Below are positions 51,592 to 64,000 of a stretch of DNA of 64,000 nucleotides, piece after piece. The first letter of the stretch is position 1; each line of letters opens with the position of its first letter. Made by a program: the position numbers and the translations under genes. The stretch comes from Yuukianura sp. NJ FZ-2021 (lineage: Eukaryota), in NCBI GenBank assembly GCA_046563655.1, contig CM102290.1, forward strand, positions 6,386,001 to 6,450,000, in the 5' to 3' direction. A model generated the notes under the pieces. That model was not told the origin of the DNA and did no database searches. It saw nothing but the letters and a program-made list of their open reading frames with translations.

Positions 51592-54500
51592 CCTTTTTAT
51601 GAGGATTTCAAAAATATAGTTGACTTTTACCCAGCATCGTTCCGGAATGCATTTCTTTTGAATTCTTTGTTTTGAAACATGAATTTTCATAAATAAAGAT
51701 AACAAGATGACTGACGACACAGCTAGTGAAAGTGGGTTCCTGTAGCACTTTTTATGAGGATTTCAAAAATGTAATTTACTTTCTGTTCATTCTCACATTT
51801 GCATGTTCATTCTCACAAATTTAAGTCGTTTTTGCGTCAAAATGGTGCTCGACATTGCCCTGGGTGGCGCACACCAACCCAAGATAAAATCCGAGGCAGA
51901 GCGGTTCATCCAGACTTTTAAGTACGCTCTAACCGGATTTAATTGCGATCTATCCACGCCAATTAAACTTGGGTTCCTGTAGTACTTTTCAGGAGGATTT
52001 CAGAAAAGTAACTCATTTTCTCCCGGCATTGCTACGCGTGGGAGTTTTTCGAATGAATTGTTTTGAAATAAATTTTCATAAAATAAAGTCACGAGAAGAG
52101 GGACGACACAGCAAGTGAAAGTGGGTTCCTGTAGCCCTTTTTATGAGGATTTCAAAAATATAGTTGACTTTTACCCAGCATCGTTCCGGAATGCATTTCT
52201 TTTGAATTCTTTGTTTTGAAACATGAATTTTCATAAATAAAGGTAACAAGATGACTGACGACACAGCAACTGAAAGTGGGTTCCTGTAGCACTTTTTATG
52301 AGGATTTCAAAAATGTAATTTACTTTCTGTTCATTCTCACATTTGCATGTTCATTCTCACAAATTTAAGTCGTTTTGCGTCAAAATGGTGCTCGACATTG
52401 CCCTGGGTGCCGTATACCAACCCAACATAAAATCCGAGACAGAGCGGTTCATCCAGAGTTTCAAGTACACGCTAACCGGATTTAATTGCGATATATCCAC
52501 GATAATTAAACTTGGGTTCCTGTAGTACTTTTCAGAAAGATTTCAGAAAAGTAACTCATTTTCACCCGGCATTGCTACGCGTGGGAGTTTTTCGAATGAT
52601 TTGTTTTGAAATAAATTTTCATAAAATAAAGTCACGAGATGAGGGACGACACAGCAAGTGAAAGTGGGTTCCTGTAGCCCTTTTTATGAGGATTTCAAAA
52701 ATATAGTTGACTTTTACCCAGCATCGTTCCGGAATGCATTTCTTTTGAATTCTTTGTTTTGAAACATGAATTTTCATAAATAAAGGTAACAAGATGACTG
52801 ACGACACAGCAACTGAAAGTGGGTTCCTGTAGCACTTTTTATGGGAATTTCAAAAATGTAATTTACTTTCTGTTCATTCTCACATTTGCATGTTCATTCT
52901 CACAAATTTAAGTCGTTTTGCGTCAAAATGGTGTTCGACATTGCCCTGGGTGGCGCACACCAACCCAAGATAAAATCCGAGGCAGAGCGGTTCATCCAGA
53001 CTTTTAAGTACGCTCTAACCGGATTTAATTGCGATCTATCCACGCCAATTAAACTTGGGTTCCTGTAGTACTTTTCAGGAGGATTTCAGAAAAGTAACTC
53101 ATTTTCTCCCGGCATTGCTACGCGTGGGAGTTTTTCGAATGAATTGTTTTGAAATAAATTTTCATAAAATAAAGTCACGAGAAGAGGGACGACACAGCAA
53201 GTGAAAGTGGGTTCCTGTAGCCCTTTTTATGAGGATTTCAAAAATATAGTTGACTTTTACCCAGCATCGTTCCGGAATGCATTTCTTTTGAATTCTTTGT
53301 TTTGAAACATGAATTTTCATAAATAAAGGTAACAAGATGACTGACGACACAGCAACTGAAAGTGGGTTCCTGTAGCACTTTTTATGAGGATTTCAAAAAT
53401 GTAATTTACTTTCTGTTCATTCTCACATTTGCATGTTCATTCTCACAAATTTAAGTCGTTTTGCGTCAAAATGGTGCTCGACATTGCCCTGGGTGCCGTA
53501 TACCAACCCAAGATAAAATCCGAGACAGAGCGGTTCATCCAGAGTTTCAAGTACACGCTAACCGGATTTAATTGCGATATATCCACGATAATTAAACTTG
53601 GGTTCCTGTAGTACTTTTCAGAAGGATTTCAGAAAAGTAACTCATTTTCACCCGGCATTGCTACGCGTGGGAGTTTTTCGAATGATTTGTTTTGAAATAA
53701 ATTTTCATAAAATAAAGTCACGAGATGAGGGACGACACAGCAAGTGAAAGTGGGTTCCTGTAGCCCTTTTTATGAGGATTTCAAAAATATAGTTGACTTT
53801 TACCCAGCATCGTTCCGGAATGCATTTCTTTTGAATTCTTTGTTTTGAAACATGAATTTTCATAAATAAAGGTAACAAGATGACTGACGACACAGCAAGT
53901 GAAAGTGGGTTCCTGTAGCACTTTTTATGAGGATTTCAAAAATGTAATTTACTTTCTGTTCATTCTCACATTTGCATGTTCATTCTCACAAATTTAAGTC
54001 GTTTTGCGTCAAAATGGTGTTCGACATTGCCCTGGGTGGCGCACACCAACCCAAGATAAAATCCGAGGCAGAGCGGTTCATCCAGACTTTTAAGTACGCT
54101 CTAACCGGATTTAATTGCGATCTATCCACGCCAATTAAACTTGGGTTCCTGTAGTACTTTTCAGGAGGATTTCAGAAAAGTAACTCATTTTCTCCCGGCA
54201 TTGCTACGCGTGGGAGTTTTTCGAATGAATTGTTTTGAAATAAATTTTCATAAAATAAAGTCACGAGAAGAGGGACGACACAGCAAGTGAAAGTGGGTTC
54301 CTGTAGCCCTTTTTATGAGGATTTCAAAAATATAGTTGACTTTTACCCAGCATCGTTCCGGAATGCATTTCTTTTGAATTCTTTGTTTTGAAACATGAAT
54401 TTTCATAAATAAAGGTAACAAGATGACTGACGACACAGCAACTGAAAGTGGGTTCCTGTAGCACTTTTTATGAGGATTTCAAAAATGTAATTTACTTTCT

Positions 54501-57500
54501 GTTCATTCTCACATTTGCATGTTCATTCTCACAAATTTAAGTCGTTTTGCGTCAAAATGGTGCTCGACATTGCCCTGGGTGCCGTATACCAACCCAAGAT
54601 AAAATCCGAGACAGAGCGGTTCATCCAGAGTTTCAAGTACACGCTAACCGGATTTAATTGCGATATATCCACGATAATTAAACTTGGGTTCCTGTAGTAC
54701 TTTTCAGAAAGATTTCAGAAAAGTAACTCATTTTCACCCGGCATTGCTACGCGTGGGAGTTTTTCGAATGATTTGTTTTGAAATAAATTTTCATAAAATA
54801 AAGTCACGAGATGAGGGACGACACAGCAAGTGAAAGTGGGTTCCTGTAGCCCTTTTTATGAGGATTTCAAAAATATAGTTGACTTTTACCCAGCATCGTT
54901 CCGGAATGCATTTCTTTTGAATTCTTTGTTTTGAAACATGAATTTTCATAAATAAAGGTAACAAGATGACTGACGACACAGCAACTGAAAGTGGGTTCCT
55001 GTAGCACTTTTTATGAGGATTTCAAAAATGTAATTTACTTTCTGTTCATTCTCACATTTGCATGTTCATTCTCACAAATTTAAGTCGTTTTGCGTCAAAA
55101 TGGTGCTCGACATTGCCCTGGGTGCCGTATACCAACCCAACATAAAATCCGAGACAGAGCGGTTCATCCAGACTTTCAAGTACACGCTAACCGGATTTAA
55201 TTGCGATATATCCACGATAATTAAACTTGGGTTCCTGTAGTACTTTTCAGGAGGATTTCAGAAAAGTAACTCATTTTCACCCGGCATTGCTACGCGTGGG
55301 AGTTTTTCGAATGATTTGTTTTGAAATAAATTTTCATAAAATAAAGTCACGAGATGAGGGACGACACAGCAAGTGAAAGTGGGTTCCTGTAGCCCTTTTT
55401 ATGAGGATTTCAAAAATATAGTTGACTTTTACCCAGCATCGTTCCGGAATGCATTTCTTTTGAATTCTTTGTTTTGAAACATGAATTTTCATAAATAAAG
55501 GTAACAAGATGACTGACGACACAGCAACTGAAAGTGGGTTCCTGTAGCACTTTTTATGGGAATTTCAAAAATGTAATTTACTTTCTGTTCATTCTCACAT
55601 TTGCATGTTCATTCTCACAAATTTAAGTCGTTTTGCGTCAAAATGGTGTTCGACATTGCCCTGGGTGGCGCACACCAACCCAAGATAAAATCCGAGGCAG
55701 AGCGGTTCATCCAGACTTTTAAGTACGCTCTAACCGGATTTAATTGCGATCTATCCACGCCAATTAAACTTGGGTTCCTGTAGTACTTTTCAGGAGGATT
55801 TCAGAAAAGTAACTCATTTTCTCCCGGCATTGCTACGCGTGGGAGTTTTTCGAATGAATTGTTTTGAAATAAATTTTCATAAAATAAAGTCACGAGAAGA
55901 GGGACGACACAGCAAGTGAAAGTGGGTTCCTGTAGCCCTTTTTATGAGGATTTCAAAAATATAGTTGACTTTTACCCAGCATCGTTCCGGAATGCATTTC
56001 TTTTGAATTCTTTGTTTTGAAACATGAATTTTCATAAATAAAGGTAACAAGATGACTGACGACACAGCAACTGAAAGTGGGTTCCTGTAGCACTTTTTAT
56101 GAGGATTTCAAAAATGTAATTTACTTTCTGTTCATTCTCACATTTGCATGTTCATTCTCACAAATTTAAGTCGTTTTGCGTCAAAATGGTGCTCGACATT
56201 GCCCTGGGTGCCGTATACCAACCCAACATAAAATCCGAGACAGAGCGGTTCATCCAGAGTTTCAAGTACACGCTAACCGGATTTAATTGCGATATATCCA
56301 CGATAATTAAACTTGGGTTCCTGTAGTACTTTTCAGAAAGATTTCAGAAAAGTAACTCATTTTCACCCGGCATTGCTACGCGTGGGAGTTTTTCGAATGA
56401 TTTGTTTTGAAATAAATTTTCATAAAATAAAGTCACGAGATGAGGGACGACACAGCAAGTGAAAGTGGGTTCCTGTAGCACTTTTTATGAGGATTTCAAA
56501 AATGTAATTTACTTTCTGTTCATTCTCACATTTGCATGTTCACTCTCACAAATTTAAGTCGTTTTTGCGTCAAAATGGTGCTCGACATTGCCCTGGGTGG
56601 CGCACACCAACCCAAGATAAAATCCGAGGCAGAGCGGTTCATCCAGACTTTTAAGTACGCTCTAACCGGATTTAATTGCGATCTATCCACGCCAATTAAA
56701 CTTGGGTTCCTGTAGTACTTTTCAGGAGGATTTCAGAAAAGTAACTCATTTTCTCCCGGCATTGCTACGCGTGGGAGTTTTTCGAATGAATTGTTTTGAA
56801 ATAAATTTTCATAAAATAAAGTCACGAGAAGAGGGACGACACAGCAAGTGAAAGTGGGTTCCTGTAGCCCTTTTTATGAGGATTTCAAAAATATAGTTGA
56901 CTTTTACCCAGCATCGTTCCGGAATGCATTTCTTTTGAATTCTTTGTATTGAAACATGAATTTTCATAAATAAAGGTAACAAGATGACTGACGACACAGC
57001 AACTGAAAGTGGGTTCCTGTAGCACTTTTTATGAGGATTTCAAAAATGTAATTTACTTTCTGTTCATTCTCACATTTGCATGTTCATTCTCACAAATTTA
57101 AGTCGTTTTGCGTCAAAATGGTGCTCGACATTGCCCTGGGTGCCGTATACCAACCCAACATAAAATCCGAGACAGAGCGGTTCATCCAGAGTTTCAAGTA
57201 CACGCTAACCGGATTTAATTGCGATATATCCACGATAATTAAACTTGGGTTCCTGTAGTACTTTTCAGAAAGATTTCAGAAAAGTAACTCATTTTCACCC
57301 GGCATTGCTACGCGTGGGAGTTTTTCGAATGATTTGTTTTGAAATAAATTTTCATAAAATAAAGTCACGAGATGAGGGACGACACAGCAAGTGAAAGTGG
57401 GTTCCTGTAGCCCTTTTTATGAGGATTTCAAAAATATAGTTGACTTTTACCCAGCATCGTTCCGGAATGCATTTCTTTTGAATTCTTTGTATTGAAACAT

Positions 57501-60500
57501 GAATTTTCATAAATAAAGGTAACAAGATGACTGACGACACAGCAACTGAAAGTGGGTTCCTGTAGCACTTTTTATGGGAATTTCAAAAATGTAATTTACT
57601 TTCTGTTCATTCTCACATTTGCATGTTCATTCTCACAAATTTAAGTCGTTTTGCGTCAAAATGGTGTTCGACATTGCCCTGGGTGGCGCACACCAACCCA
57701 AGATAAAATCCGAGGCAGAGCGGTTCATCCAGACTTTTAAGTACGCTCTAACCGGATTTAATTGCGATCTATCCACGCCAATTAAACTTGGGTTCCTGTA
57801 GTACTTTTCAGGAGGATTTCAGAAAAGTAACTCATTTTCTCCCGGCATTGCTACGCGTGGGAGTTTTTCGAATGAATTGTTTTGAAATAAATTTTCATAA
57901 AATAAAGTCACGAGAAGAGGGACGACACAGCAAGTGAAAGTGGGTTCCTGTAGCCCTTTTTATGAGGATTTCAAAAATATAGTTGACTTTTACCCAGCAT
58001 CGTTCCGGAATGCATTTCTTTTGAATTCTTTGTTTTGAAACATGAATTTTCATAAATAAAGGTAACAAGATGACTGACGACACAGCAACTGAAAGTGGGT
58101 TCCTGTAGCACTTTTTATGAGGATTTCAAAAATGTAATTTACTTTCTGTTCATTCTCACATTTGCATGTTCATTCTCACAAATTTAAGTCGTTTTGCGTC
58201 AAAATGGTGCTCGACATTGCCCTGGGTGCCGTATACCAACCCAACATAAAATCCGAGACAGAGCGGTTCATCCAGAGTTTCAAGTACACGCTAACCGGAT
58301 TTAATTGCGATATATCCACGATAATTAAACTTGGGTTCCTGTAGTACTTTTCAGAAAGATTTCAGAAAAGTAACTCATTTTCACCCGGCATTGCTACGCG
58401 TGGGAGTTTTTCGAATGATTTGTTTTGAAATAAATTTTCATAAAATAAAGTCACGAGATGAGGGACGACACAGCAAGTGAAAGTGGGTTCCTGTAGCCCT
58501 TTTTATGAGGATTTCAAAAATATAGTTGACTTTTACCCAGCATCGTTCCGGAATGCATTTCTTTTGAATTCTTTGTATTGAAACATGAATTTTCATAAAT
58601 AAAGGTAACAAGATGACTGACGACACAGCAACTGAAAGTGGGTTCCTGTAGCACTTTTTATGGGAATTTCAAAAATGTAATTTACTTTCTGTTCATTCTC
58701 ACATTTGCATGTTCATTCTCACAAATTTAAGTCGTTTTGCGTCAAAATGGTGTTCGACATTGCCCTGGGTGGCGCACACCAACCCAAGATAAAATCCGAG
58801 GCAGAGCGGTTCATCCAGACTTTTAAGTACGCTCTAACCGGATTTAATTGCGATCTATCCACGCCAATTAAACTTGGGTTCCTGTAGTACTTTTCAGGAG
58901 GATTTCAGAAAAGTAACTCATTTTCACCCGGCATTGCTACGCGTAAGAGTTTTTCGAATGATTTGTTTTGAAATAAATTTTCATAAAATAAAGTCACGAG
59001 AAGAGGGACGACACAGCAAGCGAAAGTGGGTTCCTGTAGCCCTTTTTATGAGGATTTCAAAAATATAGTTGACTTTTACCCAGCATCGTTCCGGAATGCA
59101 TTTCTTTTGAATTCTTTGTTTTGAAACATGAATTTTCATAAATAAAGGTAACAAGATGACTGACGACACAGCAAGTGAAAGTGGGTTCCTGTAGCACTTT
59201 TTATGAGGATTTCAAAAATGTAATTTACTTTCTGTTCATCCTCACATTTGCATGTTCATTCTCACAAATTTAAGTCGTTTTTGCGTCAAAATGGTGCTCG
59301 ACATTGCCCTGGGTGGCGCACACCAACCCAAGATAACATCCGAGGCAGAGCGGTTCATCCAGACTTTTAAGTACGCTCTAACCGGATTTAATTGCGATCT
59401 ATCCACGCCAATTAAACTTGGGTTCCTGTAGTACTTTTCAGGAGGATTTCAGAAAAGTAACTCATTTTCACCCGGCATTGCTACGCGTAAGAGTTTTTCG
59501 AATGATTTGTTTTGAAATAAATTTTCATAAAATAAAGTCACGAGAAGAGGGACGACACAGCAAGCGAAAGTGGGTTCCTGTAGCCCTTTTTATGAGGATT
59601 TCAAAAATATAGTTGACTTTTACCCAGCATCGTTCCGGAATGCATTTCTTTTGAATTCTTTGTTTTGAAACATGAATTTTCATAAATAAAGGTAACAAGA
59701 TGACTGACGACACAGCAAGTGAAAGTGGGTTCCTGTAGCACTTTTTATGAGGATTTCAAAAATGTAATTTACTTTCTGTTCATTCTCACATTTGCATGTT
59801 CATTCTCACAAATTTAAGTCGTTTTTGCGTCAAAATGGTGCTCGACATTGCCCTGGGTGGCGCACACCAACCCAAGATAAAATCCGAGGCAGAGCGTTTC
59901 ATCCAGACTTTTAAGTACGCTCTAACCGGATTTAATTGCGATCTATCCACGCCAATTAAACTTGGGTTCCTGTAGTACTTTTCAGGAGGATTTCAGAAAA
60001 GTAACTCATTTTCTCCCGGCATTGCTACGCGTGGGAGTTTTTCGAATGAATTGTTTTGAAATAAATTTTCATAAAATAAAGTCACGAGAAGAGGGACGAC
60101 ACAGCAAGTGAAAGTGGGTTCCTGTAGCCCTTTTTATGAGGATTTCAAAAATATAGTTGACTTTTACCCAGCATCGTTCCGGAATGCATTTCTTTTGAAT
60201 TCTTTGTTTTGAAACATGAATTTTCATAAATAAAGGTAACAAGATGACTGACGACACAGCAAGTGAAAGTGGGTTCCTGTAGCACTTTTTATGAGGATTT
60301 CAAAAATGTAATTTACTTTCTGTTCATTCTCACATTTGCATGTTCATTCTCACAAATTTAAGTCGTTTTTGCGTCAAAATGGTGCTCGACATTGCCCTGG
60401 GTGGCGCACACCAACCCAAGATAAAATCCGAGGCAGAGCGGTTCATCCAGACTTTTAAGTACGCTCTAACCGGATTTAATTGCGATCTATCCACGCCAGT

Positions 60501-63500
60501 TAAACTTGGGTTCCTGTAGTACTTTTCAGGAGGATTTCAGAAAAGTAACTCATTTTCTCCCGGCATTGCTACGCGTGGGAGTTTTTCGAATGAATTGTTT
60601 TGAAATAAATTTTCATAAAATAAAGTCACGAGAAGAGGGACGACACAGCAAGTGAAAGTGGGTTCCTGTAGCCCTTTTTATGAGGATTTCAAAAATATAG
60701 TTGACTTTTACCCAGCATCGTTCCGGAATGCATTTCTTTTGAATTCTTTGTTTTGAAACATGAATTTTCATAAATAAAGGTAACAAGATGACTGACGACA
60801 CAGCAAGTGAAAGTGGGTTCCTGTAGCACTTTTTATGAGGATTTCAAAAATGTAATTTACTTTCTGTTCATTCTCACATTTGCATGTTCATTCTCACAAA
60901 TTTAAGTCGTTTTTGCGTCAAAATGGTGCTCGACATTGCCCTGGGTGGCGCACACCAACCCAAGATAAAATCCGAGGCAGAGCGGTTCATCCAGACTTTT
61001 AAGTACGCTCTAACCGGATTTAATTGCGATCTATCCACGCCAATTAAACTTGGGTTCCTGTAGAACTTTTCAGGAGGATTTCAGAAAAGTAACTCATTTT
61101 CACCCGGCATTGCTACGCGTGGGAGTTTTTCGAATGATTTGTTTTGAAATAAATTTTCATAAAATAAAGTCACGAGAAGAGGGACGACACAGCAAGTGAA
61201 AGTGGGTTCCTGTAGCCCTTTTTATGAGGATTTCAAAAATATAGTTGACTTTTACCCAGCATCGTTCCGGAATGCATTTATTTGAATTCTTTGTTTTGAA
61301 ACATGAATTTTCATAAATAAAAGTAACAAGATGACTGACGACACAGCAAGTGAAAGTGGGTTCCTGTAGCACTTTTTATGAGGATTTCAAAAATGTAATT
61401 TACTTTCTGTTCATTCTCACATTTGCATGTTCATTCTCACAAATTTAAGTCGTTTTTGCGTCAAAATGGTGCTCGACATTGCCCTGGGTGGCGCACACCA
61501 ACCCAAGATAAAATCCGAGGCAGAGCGGTTCATCCAGACTTTTAAGTACGCTCTAACCGGATTTAATTGCGATCTATCCACGCCAGTTAAACTTGGGTTC
61601 CTGTAGTACTTTTCAGGAGGATTTCAGAAAAGTAACTCATTTTCTCCCGGCATTGCTACGCGTGGGAGTTTTTCGAATGAATTGTTTTGAAATAAATTTT
61701 CATAAAATAAAGTCACGAGAAGAGGGACGACACAGCAAGTGAAAGTGGGTTCCTGTAGCCCTTTTTATGAGGATTTCAAAAATATAGTTGACTTTTACCC
61801 AGCATCGTTCCGGAATGCATTTCTTTTGAATTCTTTGTTTTGAAACATGAATTTTCATAAATAAAGGTAACAAGATGACTGACGACACAGCAAGTGAAAG
61901 TGGGTTCCTGTAGCACTTTTTATGAGGATTTCAAAAATGTAATTTACTTTCTGTTCATTCTCACATTTGCATGTTCATTCTCACAAATTTAAGTCGTTTT
62001 TGCGTCAAAATGGTGCTCGACATTGCCCTGGGTGGCGCACACCAACCCAAGATAAAATCCGAGGCAGAGCGGTTCATCCAGACTTTTAAGTACGCTCTAA
62101 CCGGATTTAATTGCGATCTATCCACGCCAATTAAACTTGGGTTCCTGCAGAACTTTTCAGGAGGATTTCAGAAAAGTAACTCATTTTCACCCGGCATTGC
62201 TACGCGTGGGAGTTTTTCGAATGATTTGTTTTGAAATAAATTTTCATAAAATAAAGTCACGAGAAGAGGGACGACACAGCAAGTGAAAGTGGGTTCCTGT
62301 AGCCCTTTTTATGAGGATTTCAAAAATATAGTTGACTTTTACCCAGCATCGTTCCGGAATGCATTTCTTTTGAATTCTTTGTTTTGAAACATGAATTTTC
62401 ATAAATAAAGGTAACAAGATGACTGACGACACAGCAAGTGAAAGTGGGTTCCTGTAGCACTTTTTATGAGGATTTCAAAAATGTAATTTACTTTCTGTTC
62501 ATTCTCACATTTGCATGTTCATTCTCACAAATTTAAGTCGTTTTGCGTCAAAATGGTGCTCGACATTGCCCTGGGTGGCGCACACCAACCCAAGATAAAA
62601 TCCGAGGCAGAGCGGTTCATCCAGACTTTTAAGTACGCTCTAACCGGATTTAATTGCGATCTATCCACGCCAATTAAACTTGGGTTCCTGTAGTACTTTT
62701 CAGGAGGATTTCAGAAAAGTAACTCATTTTCACCCGGCATTGCTACGCGTGGGAGTTTTTCGAATGATTTGTTTTGAAATAAATTTTCATAAAATAAAGT
62801 CACGAGAAGAGGGACGACACAGCAAGTGAAAGTGGGTTCCTGTAGCCCTTTTTATGAGGATTTCAAAAATATAGTTGACTTTTACCCAGCATCGTTCCGG
62901 AATGCATTTCTTTTGAATTCTTTGTTTTGAAACATGAATTTTCATAAATAAAGGTAACAAGATGACTGACGACACAGCAACTGAAAGTGGGTTCCTGTAG
63001 CACTTTTTATGGGGATTTCAAAAATGTAATTTACTTTTTGTTCATTCTCACATTTGCATGTTCATTCTCACAAATTTAAGTCGTTTTTGCGTCAAAATGG
63101 TGCTCGACATTGCCCTGGGTGGCGCACACCAACCCAAGATAAAATCCGAGGCAGAGCGGTTCATCCAGACTTTTAAGTACGCTCTAACCGGATTTAATTG
63201 CGATCTATCCACGCCAATTAAACTTGGGTTCCTGTAGAACTTTTCAGGAGGATTTCAGAAAAGTAACTCATTTTCACCCGGCATTGCTACGCGTGGGAGT
63301 TTTTCGAATGATTTGTTTTGAAATAAATTTTCATAAAATAAAGTCACGAGAAGAGGGACGACACAGCAAGTGAAAGTGGGTTCCTGTAGCCCTTTTTATG
63401 AGGATTTCAAAAATATAGTTGACTTTTACCCAGCATCGTTCCGGAATGCATTTATTTTGAATTCTTTGTTTTGAAACATGAATTTTCATAAATAAAGGTA

Positions 63501-64000
63501 ACAAGATGACTGACGACACAGCAAGTGAAAGTGGGTTCCTGTAGCACTTTTTATGAGGATTTCAAAAATGTAATTTACTTTCTGTTCATTCTCACATTTG
63601 CATGTTCATTCTCACAAATTTAAGTCGTTTTGCGTCAAAATGGTGCTCGACATTGCCCTGGGTGCCGTATACCAACCCAAGATAAAATCCGAGACAGAGC
63701 GGTTCATCCAGACTTTTAGGTACACGCTAACCGGATTTAATTGCGATATATCCACGATAATTAAACTGGGGTTCCTGTAGTACTTTTCAGGAGGATTTCA
63801 GAAAAGTAACTCATTTTCACCCGGCATTGCTACGCGTGGGAGTTTTTCGAATGATTTGTTTTGAAATAAATTTTCATAAAATAAAGTCACGAGAAGAGGG
63901 ACGACACAGCAAGTGAAAGTGGGTTCCTGTAGCCCTTTTTATGAGGATTTCAAAAATATAGTTGACTTTTACCCAGCATCGTTCCGGAATGCATTTCTTT
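51592..64000. repeat. Satellite array, subfamily II block (543/544-bp units, 1086-bp dimers, one 389-bp unit), running off the window end
   Basis: Subfamily II motifs with local SNPs GTGTTCGAC, ATGGGAATTT, GAATGAATTG and CAGAAAGATT. Confidence 0.97.

Noticed and set aside
503..63780. Many repeated 60-104 aa ORFs (MSSVILLPLF..., MHVHSHKFKS...) as a tandem gene family
   Set aside because: They mostly start at non-ATG codons, have no recognisable domain, are freely broken by 1-bp indels and unit deletions, and simply track the satellite period.

Overview
Eukaryotic tandem-repeat DNA, probably (peri)centromeric (inference). About 55 kb is a homogeneous satellite whose basic 543-bp unit is made of three monomers (236+152+155 bp). 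Each monomer starts with a shared ~31-bp box (GGGTTCCTGTAGCACTTTTTATGAGGATTTC). Two subfamilies alternate in blocks: I at 1-2.47 kb and 30.5-44.4 kb, II at 2.48-30.5 kb and 44.4-64 kb. Local variant units (388, 262, 698, 236 bp) and higher-order repeats (1086, 1348, ~1475 bp) also occur. Three transposons interrupt the array. Two are near-identical defective Tc1/mariner-superfamily DD37E elements (~1.29 kb, TA target duplication) that were co-duplicated with the satellite as a 2224-bp unit. The third is an apparently intact 6264-bp Ty3/gypsy LTR retrotransposon on the minus strand (564-bp LTRs, tRNA-Phe-like PBS, PPT, gag, and pol in the -1 frame). The most notable points concern this retroelement: its LTR ends resemble the satellite box it inserted into, its integrase ends in a foamy-virus-like YNLRSR motif with no chromodomain, and it has a clear -1 frameshift cassette and a hairpin-sequestered poly(A) signal. 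The short repeated ORFs in the satellite are judged spurious. No host genes, RNA genes or CRISPR arrays were seen.
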